A stretch of 64,000 bases of DNA from Camelus ferus (lineage: Eukaryota). The notes beneath the pieces were generated by a model. It was not told where the DNA came from, searched no databases, and saw only the letters and a list, made by a program, of their open reading frames with translations. Position numbers and translations under genes: made by a program. The stretch is taken from contig NC_045726.1 of assembly GCF_009834535.1 (NCBI RefSeq), positions 14,136,001 through 14,200,000 of the forward strand, in the 5' to 3' direction. Shown here one piece after another: positions 19,401 to 42,499 of this stretch. Position 1 is the stretch's first letter; every line of letters begins with the position of its first letter.

Positions 19401-20663
19401 GTTGTACGGGTTCCAAGACCTCCTGGGGCCAGAGGGGAAAGGGGCAAGGAGGACTCCAAGTTCTGAGGCATTTCTGGCCAAGCACACACGTGATCCTGAG
19501 ACTGGGGCACTGGGTTCAGACTGGGCTTCCCTCAGAGCCTGTCCTGTTCCTCTGAGAATCATTGAGACGTCTGCCCAGCACTGTCTCTTTCTGCGTGGGG
19601 TTCCTGGCCCAGCCCTCACCTTCTCTGGCCTGGCCCCCAAGAGGAAGGTTAGGCTGTGCTCTGGCCTGCCCACGGCCCCCCACCTTCTCTCATCCACCAG
19701 TGTGCCCACTGCTTCCCCAGGCAGGATCAGGGCTGGGCCTCCGTTCCAACTAGACTGGAACACAGATGGACCAGGCTCCATCCCGGGCACTGGTGAGGAG
19801 CTACAGAGCCTAGGCCAGCGTCCTCGGAAGCACACACCTCTGCTTGGCCAGGGTACCAGCCCTGCTCAGTTTGTGCTCACTCTGGCCTCCCCATCCACCT
19901 TGCCTGCTTCTGAGGGTCGCCCCCATTGCCTCGAAGTTCCCAGGTGCAGGTGGCCCTTCATTCCTGGCTCTCCCTTCTCCCTCTTCCCCACAGCCCCACT
20001 GTCCCTTGGACCTTTCAGGTGGCTCCTCCATCTCCCAGTCTCTTCAGCCTCCCCTTGCCTTGGCCCACCTTCCCTGGGTCTGGCCTCCATGTGCAGCGGC
20101 CCCCCTGCCGCATTTGTAGCTGCTGCTCTGGGTGGCAGCAGCATAGATGGCCTTTTGTTTCAACACAGCCCCGTCCCGTGGTTGAGTTGGGGAGTCCTGG
20201 CTGGCACTGCCCCACCCTTGAGAGGGTTGAGGAGATGAGCACCCGGGCTCTGGCCCCTTATCCCCCGCCCAGCATCAGGGACTGGGATGCCCAGTAGCAG
20301 GGTAGGGGGAAGAAGCCCAGCGGGAGGATGCTGCCCTCCGCTCAGGAAATCCTGGGGGCCAGAGCTGGGTTGCTGGGCGGAAGGTCCTGAGCCTGGGGGC
20401 AGAATGAGGTGGCTCTCTCTACCGGGGTGGCTAGATTGCAGGGGAGGGAAGGTTGGGGGGAAGGAGGAGGGGCTCTGGGGAGGTGCGGACTGAGAAGAGG
20501 AATTAGGTCAGAGATGTGGGTGGGTGGGTGAGAGGGGAGGGGGCATCTGCCGCAGAGCTTCCTCCTGGCTCCAGAAGCATCTCCACACTTCCCTTCCTCT
20601 GCCCCTCCCCACAGGTCCTGGGAGAATTCTCCCTGGTATTCCCCCTCCCCCATGCCCCCGCCC

Positions 20664-20931
20664 NNNNNNNNNNNNNNNNNNNNNNNNNNNNNNNNNNNNN
20701 NNNNNNNNNNNNNNNNNNNNNNNNNNNNNNNNNNNNNNNNNNNNNNNNNNNNNNNNNNNNNNNNNNNNNNNNNNNNNNNNNNNNNNNNNNNNNNNNNNNN
20801 NNNNNNNNNNNNNNNNNNNNNNNNNNNNNNNNNNNNNNNNNNNNNNNNNNNNNNNNNNNNNNNNNNNNNNNNNNNNNNNNNNNNNNNNNNNNNNNNNNNN
20901 NNNNNNNNNNNNNNNNNNNNNNNNNNNNNNN
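20664..20931. other. Assembly gap (268 N) in GC-rich region upstream of HR
   Basis: Run of N. Confidence 1.
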
Positions 20932-22150
20932 ACCCGAGGGGCACTTGTGCTTGCCCAGGTAAGGGGCTCTGGGGACAGCGTGAGGGCAGCTGGTTCATGA
21001 GTGCTGCTGCGCGTGTTAGCGGGAACGTGTGTATCAGTGTGTGTGTGTCAGCGCTCTCGAGGGGTCGGTGCGGGGCCGGAGTGGGCCCACGCGAGCCTGG
21101 GGGTGCGGGTCAGCTCGCCTTTGTCCCCGGATCGGGCATTGTGGCCGCACGTTGTGTGGATTTCCCTCTGTGTTTGTGTCTTTGTGTATCTCCTCAGATC
21201 TGCTCTGTCCTCAGGCACAGAACAGCCAGCCACAAGGGCTCCGTGGGCCTGGGGCCCCGGCTGTAGAGCGTGATGGGGTGCTGGGTGAGGGTGGACAGGG
21301 ACTCCCCCACCCCACCTCCCACGACCCCCTGTGCATTTCAGGAGCCTGTCCTGAGGGTCCTGGTTAAGTCCAAAAACTGTGATCTGACAAAGCAGACTTG
21401 GCAAATGGGGTGGGGGGAGGTGTCTGTCCCATTCCCCTGGGACAGTCCCCGTTCCCCCTTTGGAGATGACAGTGACAGGCCCTTGAGGCCCTGGACAGCC
21501 CAGGCTCCCACCCTGTCCTGCCCAGCCTCTTCTAGGCCTCAAGCCACAGGAATCTCCCCCCGGACTCTGCCACAAGCTTGGTTGCCAGAGGACACAGATG
21601 GGGGACCACAGGCACACCCCAGCCCCCGTCCGCATCCCCGGAGCCAGCCTGGAGCTGGAGGCTGGGGCTTGGGGCTTCAGGACTGCAGTCCCTGTTAGAC
21701 CCTCCAGGATCATTTCCCCTGGGAAACTCAGGTCCAGGCCACCCCTCGGGGGAGCTGGGGGAGGAAGGGAGTGCTAATAACTCAATCGTGTAAACAACCC
21801 CTAGCAGCCTGCCCTGCCACAGAGCCAGCCTCTGGGGGAAGGCAAAGGGGCTGGGAGACTTGATGCCAACATGACCCCAGTCCTGCCAGTGCCAGACATT
21901 TCAGGCCTCCTCCCTCAGGACCCCTCCTCTTCTCAGCTGATGGAAGGATCCCTGCTTCCATTCAGTCTTTTGGGAGGAAGTTTCCCTCCTGGCCCTTCAC
22001 GGCTTCCCTCTCCAGGGATGGCGGTGTGACCTGGGACAAGGCTAGAGGCATCTGAGACCTCATCCTTCCATGGAATGGGGCTGGGTAGGGTGGCCCTGCC
22101 TCTGTCTCAGACTGGGTGAAGGCAGGCCAAGGATGGCTTCCACAGGGAGG

Positions 22151-22282
22151 NNNNNNNNNNNNNNNNNNNNNNNNNNNNNNNNNNNNNNNNNNNNNNNNNN
22201 NNNNNNNNNNNNNNNNNNNNNNNNNNNNNNNNNNNNNNNNNNNNNNNNNNNNNNNNNNNNNNNNNNNNNNNNNNNNNNNNNN
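22151..22282. other. Assembly gap (132 N)
   Basis: Run of N. Confidence 1.
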
Positions 22283-22833
22283 CACCCCCGCAGAGGAGCC
22301 AGGATGCTTCCTCGGGTGGAGGGTGCCCTGCTTTCCCATTTCCTCTCCTCCTCTCTACTCCCTCCCAGGAGCCACTCCCATGGGCTCCTCTCCAGTGCTG
22401 GGCCTGGAAACACCAGGAGCACAGGATGGGGTAGACCCCCAGAACACGGAGCTAGAGCAGGTGGTGGAGTACATCTGGTCGCACTTCCTTTTCGGACACT
22501 TGGTGAAACCGAGGCCCTCAGAGCAGGGACATTCTAGAGCCTACACCCTTCTAGAACTGCCAAGGCAGGACACTGCGCCCCAGGAAGGGGCTTAGGTCTG
22601 AAATAGTGAAGAGGAGCTTGACTAGATGAGGACCAGGCAGGGCAGACCTGGGCCAGCGGGATGTGCCCATGTGCCAGAGCTGAAGAGGACCAGGAGCTAG
22701 TGGTCCAGCAGGCACCGGGTGGCTGGCATGGGTCAGAGCACCCATCACTGACCCGTGAGAACCCGACTGCCCCTGCCAGCTCTGGCACTGCCCCCTCCCA
22801 GCCGCCCTGCCCTGGCACCCCAGGGGGCACCCC

Positions 22834-23230
22834 NNNNNNNNNNNNNNNNNNNNNNNNNNNNNNNNNNNNNNNNNNNNNNNNNNNNNNNNNNNNNNNNNNN
22901 NNNNNNNNNNNNNNNNNNNNNNNNNNNNNNNNNNNNNNNNNNNNNNNNNNNNNNNNNNNNNNNNNNNNNNNNNNNNNNNNNNNNNNNNNNNNNNNNNNNN
23001 NNNNNNNNNNNNNNNNNNNNNNNNNNNNNNNNNNNNNNNNNNNNNNNNNNNNNNNNNNNNNNNNNNNNNNNNNNNNNNNNNNNNNNNNNNNNNNNNNNNN
23101 NNNNNNNNNNNNNNNNNNNNNNNNNNNNNNNNNNNNNNNNNNNNNNNNNNNNNNNNNNNNNNNNNNNNNNNNNNNNNNNNNNNNNNNNNNNNNNNNNNNN
23201 NNNNNNNNNNNNNNNNNNNNNNNNNNNNNN
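22834..23230. other. Assembly gap (397 N) over the HR promoter / start of exon 1, including the uORF1 start
   Basis: Run of N; flanks match the recalled human HR 5' region. Confidence 0.95.
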
Positions 23231-23263
23231 GCTGCGCTCTCCGCCGGGCTCTCCCTCCATTAG
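23231..23263 (+). CDS. 3' part of HR uORF1 (U1HR): ...AALSAGLSLH*
   Basis: GCT GCG CTC TCC GCC GGG CTC TCC CTC CAT TAG; ATG presumed in the preceding gap. Confidence 0.7.
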   Translation, partial: AALSAGLSLH

Positions 23264-23441
23264 CCGCGCTGCGCCGTGCTGCGCCCTCGCTGGTGCCTCT
23301 CTCCCGGGTAGCGGGATCGGCCCCCCTTCCAGGCACGACCCCCTCCCCCGGCCCCTCGGCCTTTCCCCCCAACTCGGCCATCTCCGACCCGGGGCGCGCG
23401 TTCCCCCCGGCCCGGCTCCCCCTCTCCCTCCGGGGACACCC

Positions 23442-23605
23442 NNNNNNNNNNNNNNNNNNNNNNNNNNNNNNNNNNNNNNNNNNNNNNNNNNNNNNNNNNN
23501 NNNNNNNNNNNNNNNNNNNNNNNNNNNNNNNNNNNNNNNNNNNNNNNNNNNNNNNNNNNNNNNNNNNNNNNNNNNNNNNNNNNNNNNNNNNNNNNNNNNN
23601 NNNNN
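23442..23605. other. Assembly gap (164 N) at the expected position of the HRURF/U2HR uORF
   Basis: Run of N; the ORF itself is not visible; position inferred from flanks. Confidence 0.9.
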
Positions 23606-23704
23606 GCCCCCGCCGCCTCGGGGGAAAGAGAGCGCGAGCGCGCTGAGCAGGAGAGCGGGAGAACGAGTCCTCGCCCGCCGGCCGGGAGGCCCCGGAGCCG
23701 GCTC

Positions 23705-23770
23705 ATGGGGAGAGGGCGCCCGGCGTCGGCCACCACGACCGCCGCCGCCCGCGCCGCGCCCGGCCCGTGA
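23705..23770 (+). CDS. HR uORF3 (U3HR-like), 21 aa MGRGRPASATTTAAARAAPGP*
   Basis: ATG 23705, TGA 23768-23770, inside exon 1. Confidence 0.75.
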   Translation: MGRGRPASATTTAAARAAPGP

Positions 23771-24579
23771 AGCCCAGGTAAGTGCCGAGAGGGGCGCCAG
23801 GCGTGCGTATGCTGGGGACACCCGCGGCGGGGCATTTCTGAGCCAAGCCCGCGCCGCATGCAGGGAGCGAGTTCCCCTTGCTCCTCAGGGCAGGGCCACA
23901 GCTCTGAAAGTTAGGATGCCCGACGGGGCCGGACCGCGTCGGAGCTGCGGCCCCGAAAACCCCGAGCGCTCTCCGTCACAGCTCCCCGGGCCGCCTCGCC
24001 TCCTTCCTGGGGCTCCCCTCAGTGGGCCGAGGTGGCCGCGCCGGGAGTGCGCTGCGGCTCTGGTGCCACCTGTCATCCTGGTCCTCTGCACGCACGTTCA
24101 ATTTTCCCTCCTTTGCCTCCCTCTGGGGCCCAGCCCGCTTTCCCCGCCTCCTTCGCTCCGCACCAGCCGGGCGTACAGTTACCGACGTCCACCGGCGGCC
24201 CCGGCACTGTGGCATCTTGACCCATCCCGGCTGAGGCCTCTTAACCCTGCTCTCCTGTGGTGGCTCACTCCTTCCCTTGGGGGCAGCGGTGGAGATCCCG
24301 GCCCTCAGCAGTTGTCCTTCGTTCTGCCTCAGAAGCCAAGGAACCGAAGAGCTCAGGGAAGAGGCAGACTCCTGGCTGCCCAGGAGTAGGGAGCGATTCC
24401 TGCCGGCAGCCCTGCCTTGCCGCCCTTCCCAATGACTCCAGCTTGCTCTCCGTTCGCTTTCCACCCAAACAAGCCTGGCTGGGGCTGAGGGGTCGGGGGT
24501 GGGCCGGCAGTCTCCCCTAGAGCCACAGGACTGACTGCAGTGTGGGAACAGGCCTCTGAAACTGCCCATTTCCCAGCCC

Positions 24580-24700
24580 TATTTTACACAAGGACACACC
24601 GAGGCCCAAAGGAGTGACATGCCTTGCCCAAGGTCACACAGCAGGTGACTGGATCAGGGCCAGGATCCAGACGTCTTGTCTCCCAGTGCAGTGCCTTCCA
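24580..24700 (-). mobile_element. MIR fragment, HR intron 1
   Basis: ATTTTACAC...GAGGCCCAAAGGAGTGACATGCCTTGCCCAAGGTCACACAGC. Confidence 0.7.
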
Positions 24701-24820
24701 TGGAGCTCATCGTTTGGGTTCTTGCCCCCTGTGCTTCCCCGCGGCTCATGACCAGTTCCAGGCTCAGTAAGGCCAGGATATGTCATCTTAGAAATGGCAG
24801 AATCTGCTGAGGGGCTCTGG

Positions 24821-24864
24821 CCCAGGTGGGCTGTCAAATCCCAGGTGGGCTGTCAAGTCCCAGG
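24821..24864 (+). repeat. 19-bp tandem duplication, HR intron 1
   Basis: CCCAGGTGGGCTGTCAAAT / CCCAGGTGGGCTGTCAAGT / CCCAGG. Confidence 0.95.
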
Positions 24865-25108
24865 CATTCTGGGGAAGGGGTGACCGACCCACACTGGAGC
24901 ATCCCACCCATGCGGGTCCTTGGAGTCACATGTAGGCAGGCAGCATGGAGCCCAGTTGTAGGTTGGCACTTGCCTTACTGGTTTGAGGCGCCTTTGTGCT
25001 GCCAGGGCGGTGCCCACTCTGTGCCGGGTGGTAGGGTGCTTCGGGCATGTGCCTAAGAAGCCCATGCTCTGGTGGTTATGCTCCAGGGACCCACTCTGGG
25101 AGAGCCCC

Positions 25109-25125
25109 ATGAGGGCAGGAGAGTG

Positions 25126-25126
<1 letters not shown>
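25109..25126 (+). CDS. HR uORF4 (U4HR-like), MRAGE*, stop overlaps main ATG (TGATG)
   Basis: ATG AGG GCA GGA GAG TGA with the final A at 25126 being the A of the HR ATG. Confidence 0.75.
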
Positions 25127-37658
<12,532 letters not shown>

Positions 37659-38911
37659 AGGGAGCCCAGGTGTCTGGGTTAGGGGTGAGGGACAGGCGGA
37701 CCAGTGCTCAGCTTCAGCAGAGACTGGCACTGGGGGACTTGGGGACTTTGGGTCAATTCCGCAAGCACCACTCTGGGCACAAGCAGGGCACCCCGTTCCC
37801 TGCCCCTGATCTGGGCCCTAACAAAAACAACCACAGTGCCACCAAATCTCACACCTGCCCTTTGCAGGCCGGCACCTGCTCCACTCCTGCGCCCCTCTCC
37901 ATGGTACCAGCCCCACACTGGGGGTGACTGTCTCCCTCCAACCCCTGCCCCCACCCCGACCCAGGGGACAAACAGCCCTTCCTTGGGGACCTCGGGAATC
38001 ATTCTGGCTTAAGTAACACCTGCTGCTGCTGCCTCTTCTGCTCTCTCACCTGTGCCCAAACTCTGCTTACACCACCCACATCCTCTCGAGCTCCTGGGGG
38101 GGGCCTTTGCACTGCAGGCATGCTGGACAAGGGGCTACCAACATCCTGCCCTCTGGCCAGAAAGCTGTGAAGTGTGGGGAGGGGGTGGCATCAGGACACT
38201 GCACAGGCTTGGCTGGAGGAGATGGTACAGGCGAGTCCCTGTCCCTGCTCCCTCTCTTGCCTCCCTCCTTTCTCAATTTCCATTAAAGGCTGTTGTTTTG
38301 TGAATGCTGCCAGTGTGGTTGGCCCTGCTCCTGCAGGCCACATGGACTGGGGAGGGAGGGGACACGTGGAAATGGAGCAGGGTGGGAAGGGGCTGAGGCT
38401 GTTGTAACAGGGACTTCAAATACTCCTGCCTGCTCTTCTTGGTAGAGGAGGGTGTGGGGGGGTGTTCCCTCCATCCCACTGAGGGGCAGATGGAGCCTTC
38501 CCCAGGGGGCTGCCCCTGAGGATGGTCCTGACAGCAACAGTGGGCCAGGCAGAGGCCTGGACCATAGCATCAAGGTGGCTTCCCTGTGTGGCACCACAGA
38601 TCTGGGTGCCCCAACTCTCTCTGCAAACACCTGGCTTCCCCAGCTCTCCTGTGTGACCTGACCTGGAGCTCCGGCATCTGGCCCAGAAGCGCCCCTGCCC
38701 AGCCTTCTGCCCTCAGTGTCCTGTGGCCGGCCCCAAGCCGCCGGCCTGGGACTGACCTGCTGCCTGAGACAGCTGACAGCCCCGCCCCACCCCAGGGCCC
38801 TCTGGTGTGGCTCCACCCGCTCCCCTGCCCTTGTCCGTCTCAGCCCCAACATGCTCTGACTATTGTTAAACTTAATTGTTCCTGCGGTGGTTCGGGGAAT
38901 TTTTTTTATGA

Positions 38912-38917
38912 AATAAA
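38912..38917 (+). terminator. HR poly(A) signal AATAAA (proximal ATTAAA also at 38282-38287)
   Basis: Canonical hexamer at the end of the GC-rich 3' UTR in an AT-rich context. Confidence 0.7.
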
Positions 38918-39337
38918 AATTTTTTATTAAAAACTTAATATACTTTCCGAACATTTAGAAAAAAGAAAAAAAAACCCTATAAACCCACCTCCAGTCCAAC
39001 CACTATTAGTATTTTCATATATTTCCTTCTAGTATTTTCTCCAGGGAATCTGCTTTATACAGGGTTGAATTGGGGTGCTTCATACTGGGGTTCTTTTTTT
39101 ACCACGGGATTCTGATCACTTCTGTGCTGCTATCTGACTTTTATTTTAAATGACTGCTTATATCCCCTTAAGCGGCTTTGCAGTGATTTACATAATCATC
39201 CCTCATTTTTTAAAAAATTAGGTTTTTCCATTGTTTGCAAAGGGAGATTATTTTAATTATTTCCCATGGGCTAGGGGACAAAAAGGAAAAATTAAGGAGC
39301 TGCTGCCCTTTAAGTGCCACTGGATTCTTTTAACTGA

Positions 39338-39490
39338 TTTTATTTAACCCCATATCATGACTTAGGGGTAGGTATTATTTATTTCCATTTACAGAGAAGG
39401 AAACAGGCAGGCTAGGGATAAGTGAGTCACCCAAGGTCACCCAGCAATCTTTGTGGCAGAATTGGGACTTGAACCAATTTTCCTGACTCA
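39338..39490 (-). mobile_element. MIR
   Basis: CCATTTACAGAGAAGGAAACAGGC...CCAAGGTCACCCAGC...GGCAGAATTGGGACTTGAACC. Confidence 0.75.
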
Positions 39491-40080
39491 CTTACAAGAC
39501 AGTCTTAGCGCTTAATGGACTTTACAGACGGGTTTGCTGTCCCCTCTGTCCTCCTCCTTCCCGTACAGACACTTCACAGCTGATCACATTCCAAGTGGCA
39601 CAGAGCGACTCATCCTCACCTACACTTCACCTTGTATAGCCGTGTCCTGATGTCACCCCAGACCACAAATACAGGGTCCTTCCCGTGGGAAGGTGGGGTT
39701 GGACCAGGGACTGGGCTTCTTCCGACTCCAGTCTGCCCTGCTGCCTCCCCTTTCATGGCGGGTCCTAGCACCCTCGAGGGCATATTAGGTCTGGCTCCTA
39801 GCGAGCAGCAGGTGGACCAAATGTTCCAGGACTAGACCTGCAAATGCAGACAGTCCAGGTGGGGCTGATCCTGAGAGTCAGCTTGGGGCACGGGGTGGCA
39901 CTCTTCCTCACGGAGGCTCAGACGGCTCACCTAGTCCAGCTCTGCCCCCTGGACCCCTGTTTCTCCCAGCTTCTCACTGTCCACCTTCTGTTCCAGCCCT
40001 GCTCACTGGCCGAGACAGCCCAGAGGCACAACCCTCAGGGCTGGCAGTGACCTCAGAGTGTGTCTATCTATCCAATGCCA

Positions 40081-40312
40081 CTTTTTTTTTTCTTATCAAG
40101 TACATTTTTAAGACTTCTTATTTTATTAAGAAATGGTTTGAGGTCACAAAGATAGCACAGAATGTCCCCAGTTACCCTTCATCCAGCTTCCTCTCACGTG
40201 AACATCTTACACAACTTAAGAAATGGATATTGATATGCTATTAACTAAGCAACAGACTTGACTGGGGTTTCATCAGTTCTCCACTAATGTCCCTCTTCTG
40301 TTTCAGGATCTA
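40081..40312 (-). mobile_element. Old L1 (L1MC-like) 3' fragment
   Basis: T-rich head then CATCCAGCTTCCTCTCACGTGAACATCTTACA...TTCTCCACTAATGTCCC...TTTCAGGATC. Confidence 0.65.
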
Positions 40313-41146
40313 CCTAGCAAGCTTACAGCTGGCCTGGAGTGTAGAGGCGGCTCTCCCAAGGTCGCTCAGCAAGCTAGCGGCAGGGCACAGGCTGAAGCCA
40401 GACCTCCTCCTCCCTGTCCCTTGGGCTCCTGCCCTCCTCACCCTTCCTGCTTTGTCCAGGGCCAGGTGCTGCTCCATAAACAACTCCAGCCTCACCGACA
40501 CCGCTGCCCCACCCTGCCTGCCCGGCCCATTTCTGAGGTTGCCTATACCACCTTCTTGCACACGTGCTCACATGCACATGCCCTGAAATGCCCGGCTCAC
40601 CCACACCAGCCAGTGCTCTTCCCTCAGTGGGAGTGGAGGACTAGGAGCCAACCTGAAGGAGACCTGCCGTTGCTTCACGTTCTGGAAGTTTCTATCTCAG
40701 CCCCCCTCCCTCAGCTTCTCCAGTTGTCTCAGGGCCTCTCCTGTCTCGGTCTGGCGTGTGCTCTCTGCTTCCCGGCGCCTGGAAGTCTATTTTCTGTTGT
40801 ACCCCTCAGCCCTCCAAGAAGGCCCCGGTACACCCCCTCGAGGGCCCTCCACCTGTGGGGCCCTTTCACAGTTTACAGCTGGCTTTCAAGTTCCTCACAT
40901 GCTCCTCATCACAGGGGTGATTAGGGCCACTTAGCAGGAGAGGCGTGCTTTCCCAGCGGTAATGGGGGGAGTGGAGCCGCGGTTTGCTGCAGCCTTTGCT
41001 CTTCCAGGCAGTTAGGCTGTCTGGTGTTTATCTTAGGCTGCCTCTGAGGCTCTCAGAGCCCTGCCCAGACATGACCTCACTCTCCCAAATCATCCCTGGG
41101 AGGCAGAAAGGAGTCTGGGACCAACGCTGTCCCCACTTCACAGATG

Positions 41147-41279
41147 NNNNNNNNNNNNNNNNNNNNNNNNNNNNNNNNNNNNNNNNNNNNNNNNNNNNNN
41201 NNNNNNNNNNNNNNNNNNNNNNNNNNNNNNNNNNNNNNNNNNNNNNNNNNNNNNNNNNNNNNNNNNNNNNNNNNNNNNN
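41147..41279. other. Assembly gap (133 N)
   Basis: Run of N; left flank CCCACTTCACAGATG is MIR-like. Confidence 1.
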
Positions 41280-42499
41280 TGCAGGCCTGACCCTCAGTCC
41301 TGTGATTTCAGTTGTCTGGAATGTGAGAGGTCTTGGATGGGGTGGGGGCAGCAGTGCTTACCAAGTGCCTCAAAAGACTGTGGGTCCACCGGGGATATCC
41401 CCCAGCCTGACATACGGCCCTACCTCCAGGGAACCTGCAGCCGGGTGAGTGTGTATGAAGGGCCTAAGGAGGCCCATCCTGTGGCTAGAGTTTGTGAGGG
41501 TGAGGTCTTCTAGTCCGTGGCGGCAGTGTAGGCACGCGCCATGAAAGTGGGCCTTTGTCTGGTAACAACAAGGGCTGTGGCCAGGAGGGCCCGACCTGGA
41601 GGGTTGGCGGGCTGCCTGGTGATGGTGACCCACGCTGGACAGTCCACAGAGCTCCTCTCATGACGTCTCACCTTCCCGACAGCCCTGGGATGGAAGAGCT
41701 GTTAGGAGCTCACTGTACCAGTGAGAAAACAGGCCCACGACTTATTCAGGGCACAGAGCCAGCCAAGGAACGGTGACTGGGCATCCAGCTCCAAGGCTAA
41801 TGCTTTGGCTGCTCCATCAAGCCACTGTCCCCCCGCAAAAGGGATGTGCCCAAAGCCAGCAGGAGGAAAAGGGAAGTCTTAACTGAGGAGCTCCGACTTG
41901 GCTGCTTTCACAGTTTCTCTCCAGATGGTCCTGCCTTCCTACCCTGAGAGGAAGTTAAAGGAAGCTCTGAAGAGGAAAGGTCAGGCTGGAGGAAAAGAAG
42001 GAGTTTGCCAAATCAACCCACACCCCGCTCTCAATGGCCCAGGGCCCTGCTAACTGGGCAGGGGCGTCGGGGAGGACAAGTAAAGACACAGGAGCATAAC
42101 CCCGGCCCCTGCAGGGGAGAGAAATGCATGAGAAATGCGAGGGGAAGGTGGCTGGGACACTGCTAAAAGCTAGTCAGGCTGATCCCAGGCCCTCTCTCTG
42201 CCCCCAATCCCCACCTCCCATCGCCAGGCACACCTTGACCACCCCAGCTCTGCTCCTTCCCTTCTCTCAGCGCCTGGATCATCTCCTGCCCAAACCAGTC
42301 ATTTAGCACTTGACTTAGAAGTCAGTTGACTTTCCATTATATGTCTATTCACCTCCCCAAATGGATCCTAATCTCCTCCAAGGCAAGAGCTCATGAGCCA
42401 CGTGACAGTCAGTACATTCTTAGTAAAAAAAGGCTATTTGGGAAAAATAAAGGCTATTTCGTGCAATGCCGTGGTAAGTTCATGACAAAAGCTGGACAG

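Larger units (their letters stand above)
23231..23777 (+). other. HR: HR non-coding exon 1 (visible part of the uORF-rich 5' leader); true start lies in the gap
   Basis: Matches recalled human HR 5' UTR; strong donor CAG|GTAAGT at 23777/23778; joins exon 2 at 25087 (ctccag|GGAC). Confidence 0.9.
22750..24300. promoter_or_regulatory. HR promoter / exon 1 / intron 1 CpG island
   Basis: CpG- and GC-dense sequence flanking two gaps; boundaries approximate. Confidence 0.85.

Noticed and set aside
22041-22644. Candidate thyroid hormone response elements (AGAGGCAtctgAGACCT ~22044; AGGACCaggcAGGGCA 22629-22644)
   Set aside because: HR is T3-inducible, but these half-sites are too degenerate to call without alignment to the validated TRE
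20342-24389. Long ORFs up to 544 aa in the HR 5' region
   Set aside because: They run through N gaps (X residues) and GC-rich leader DNA; length is an artefact
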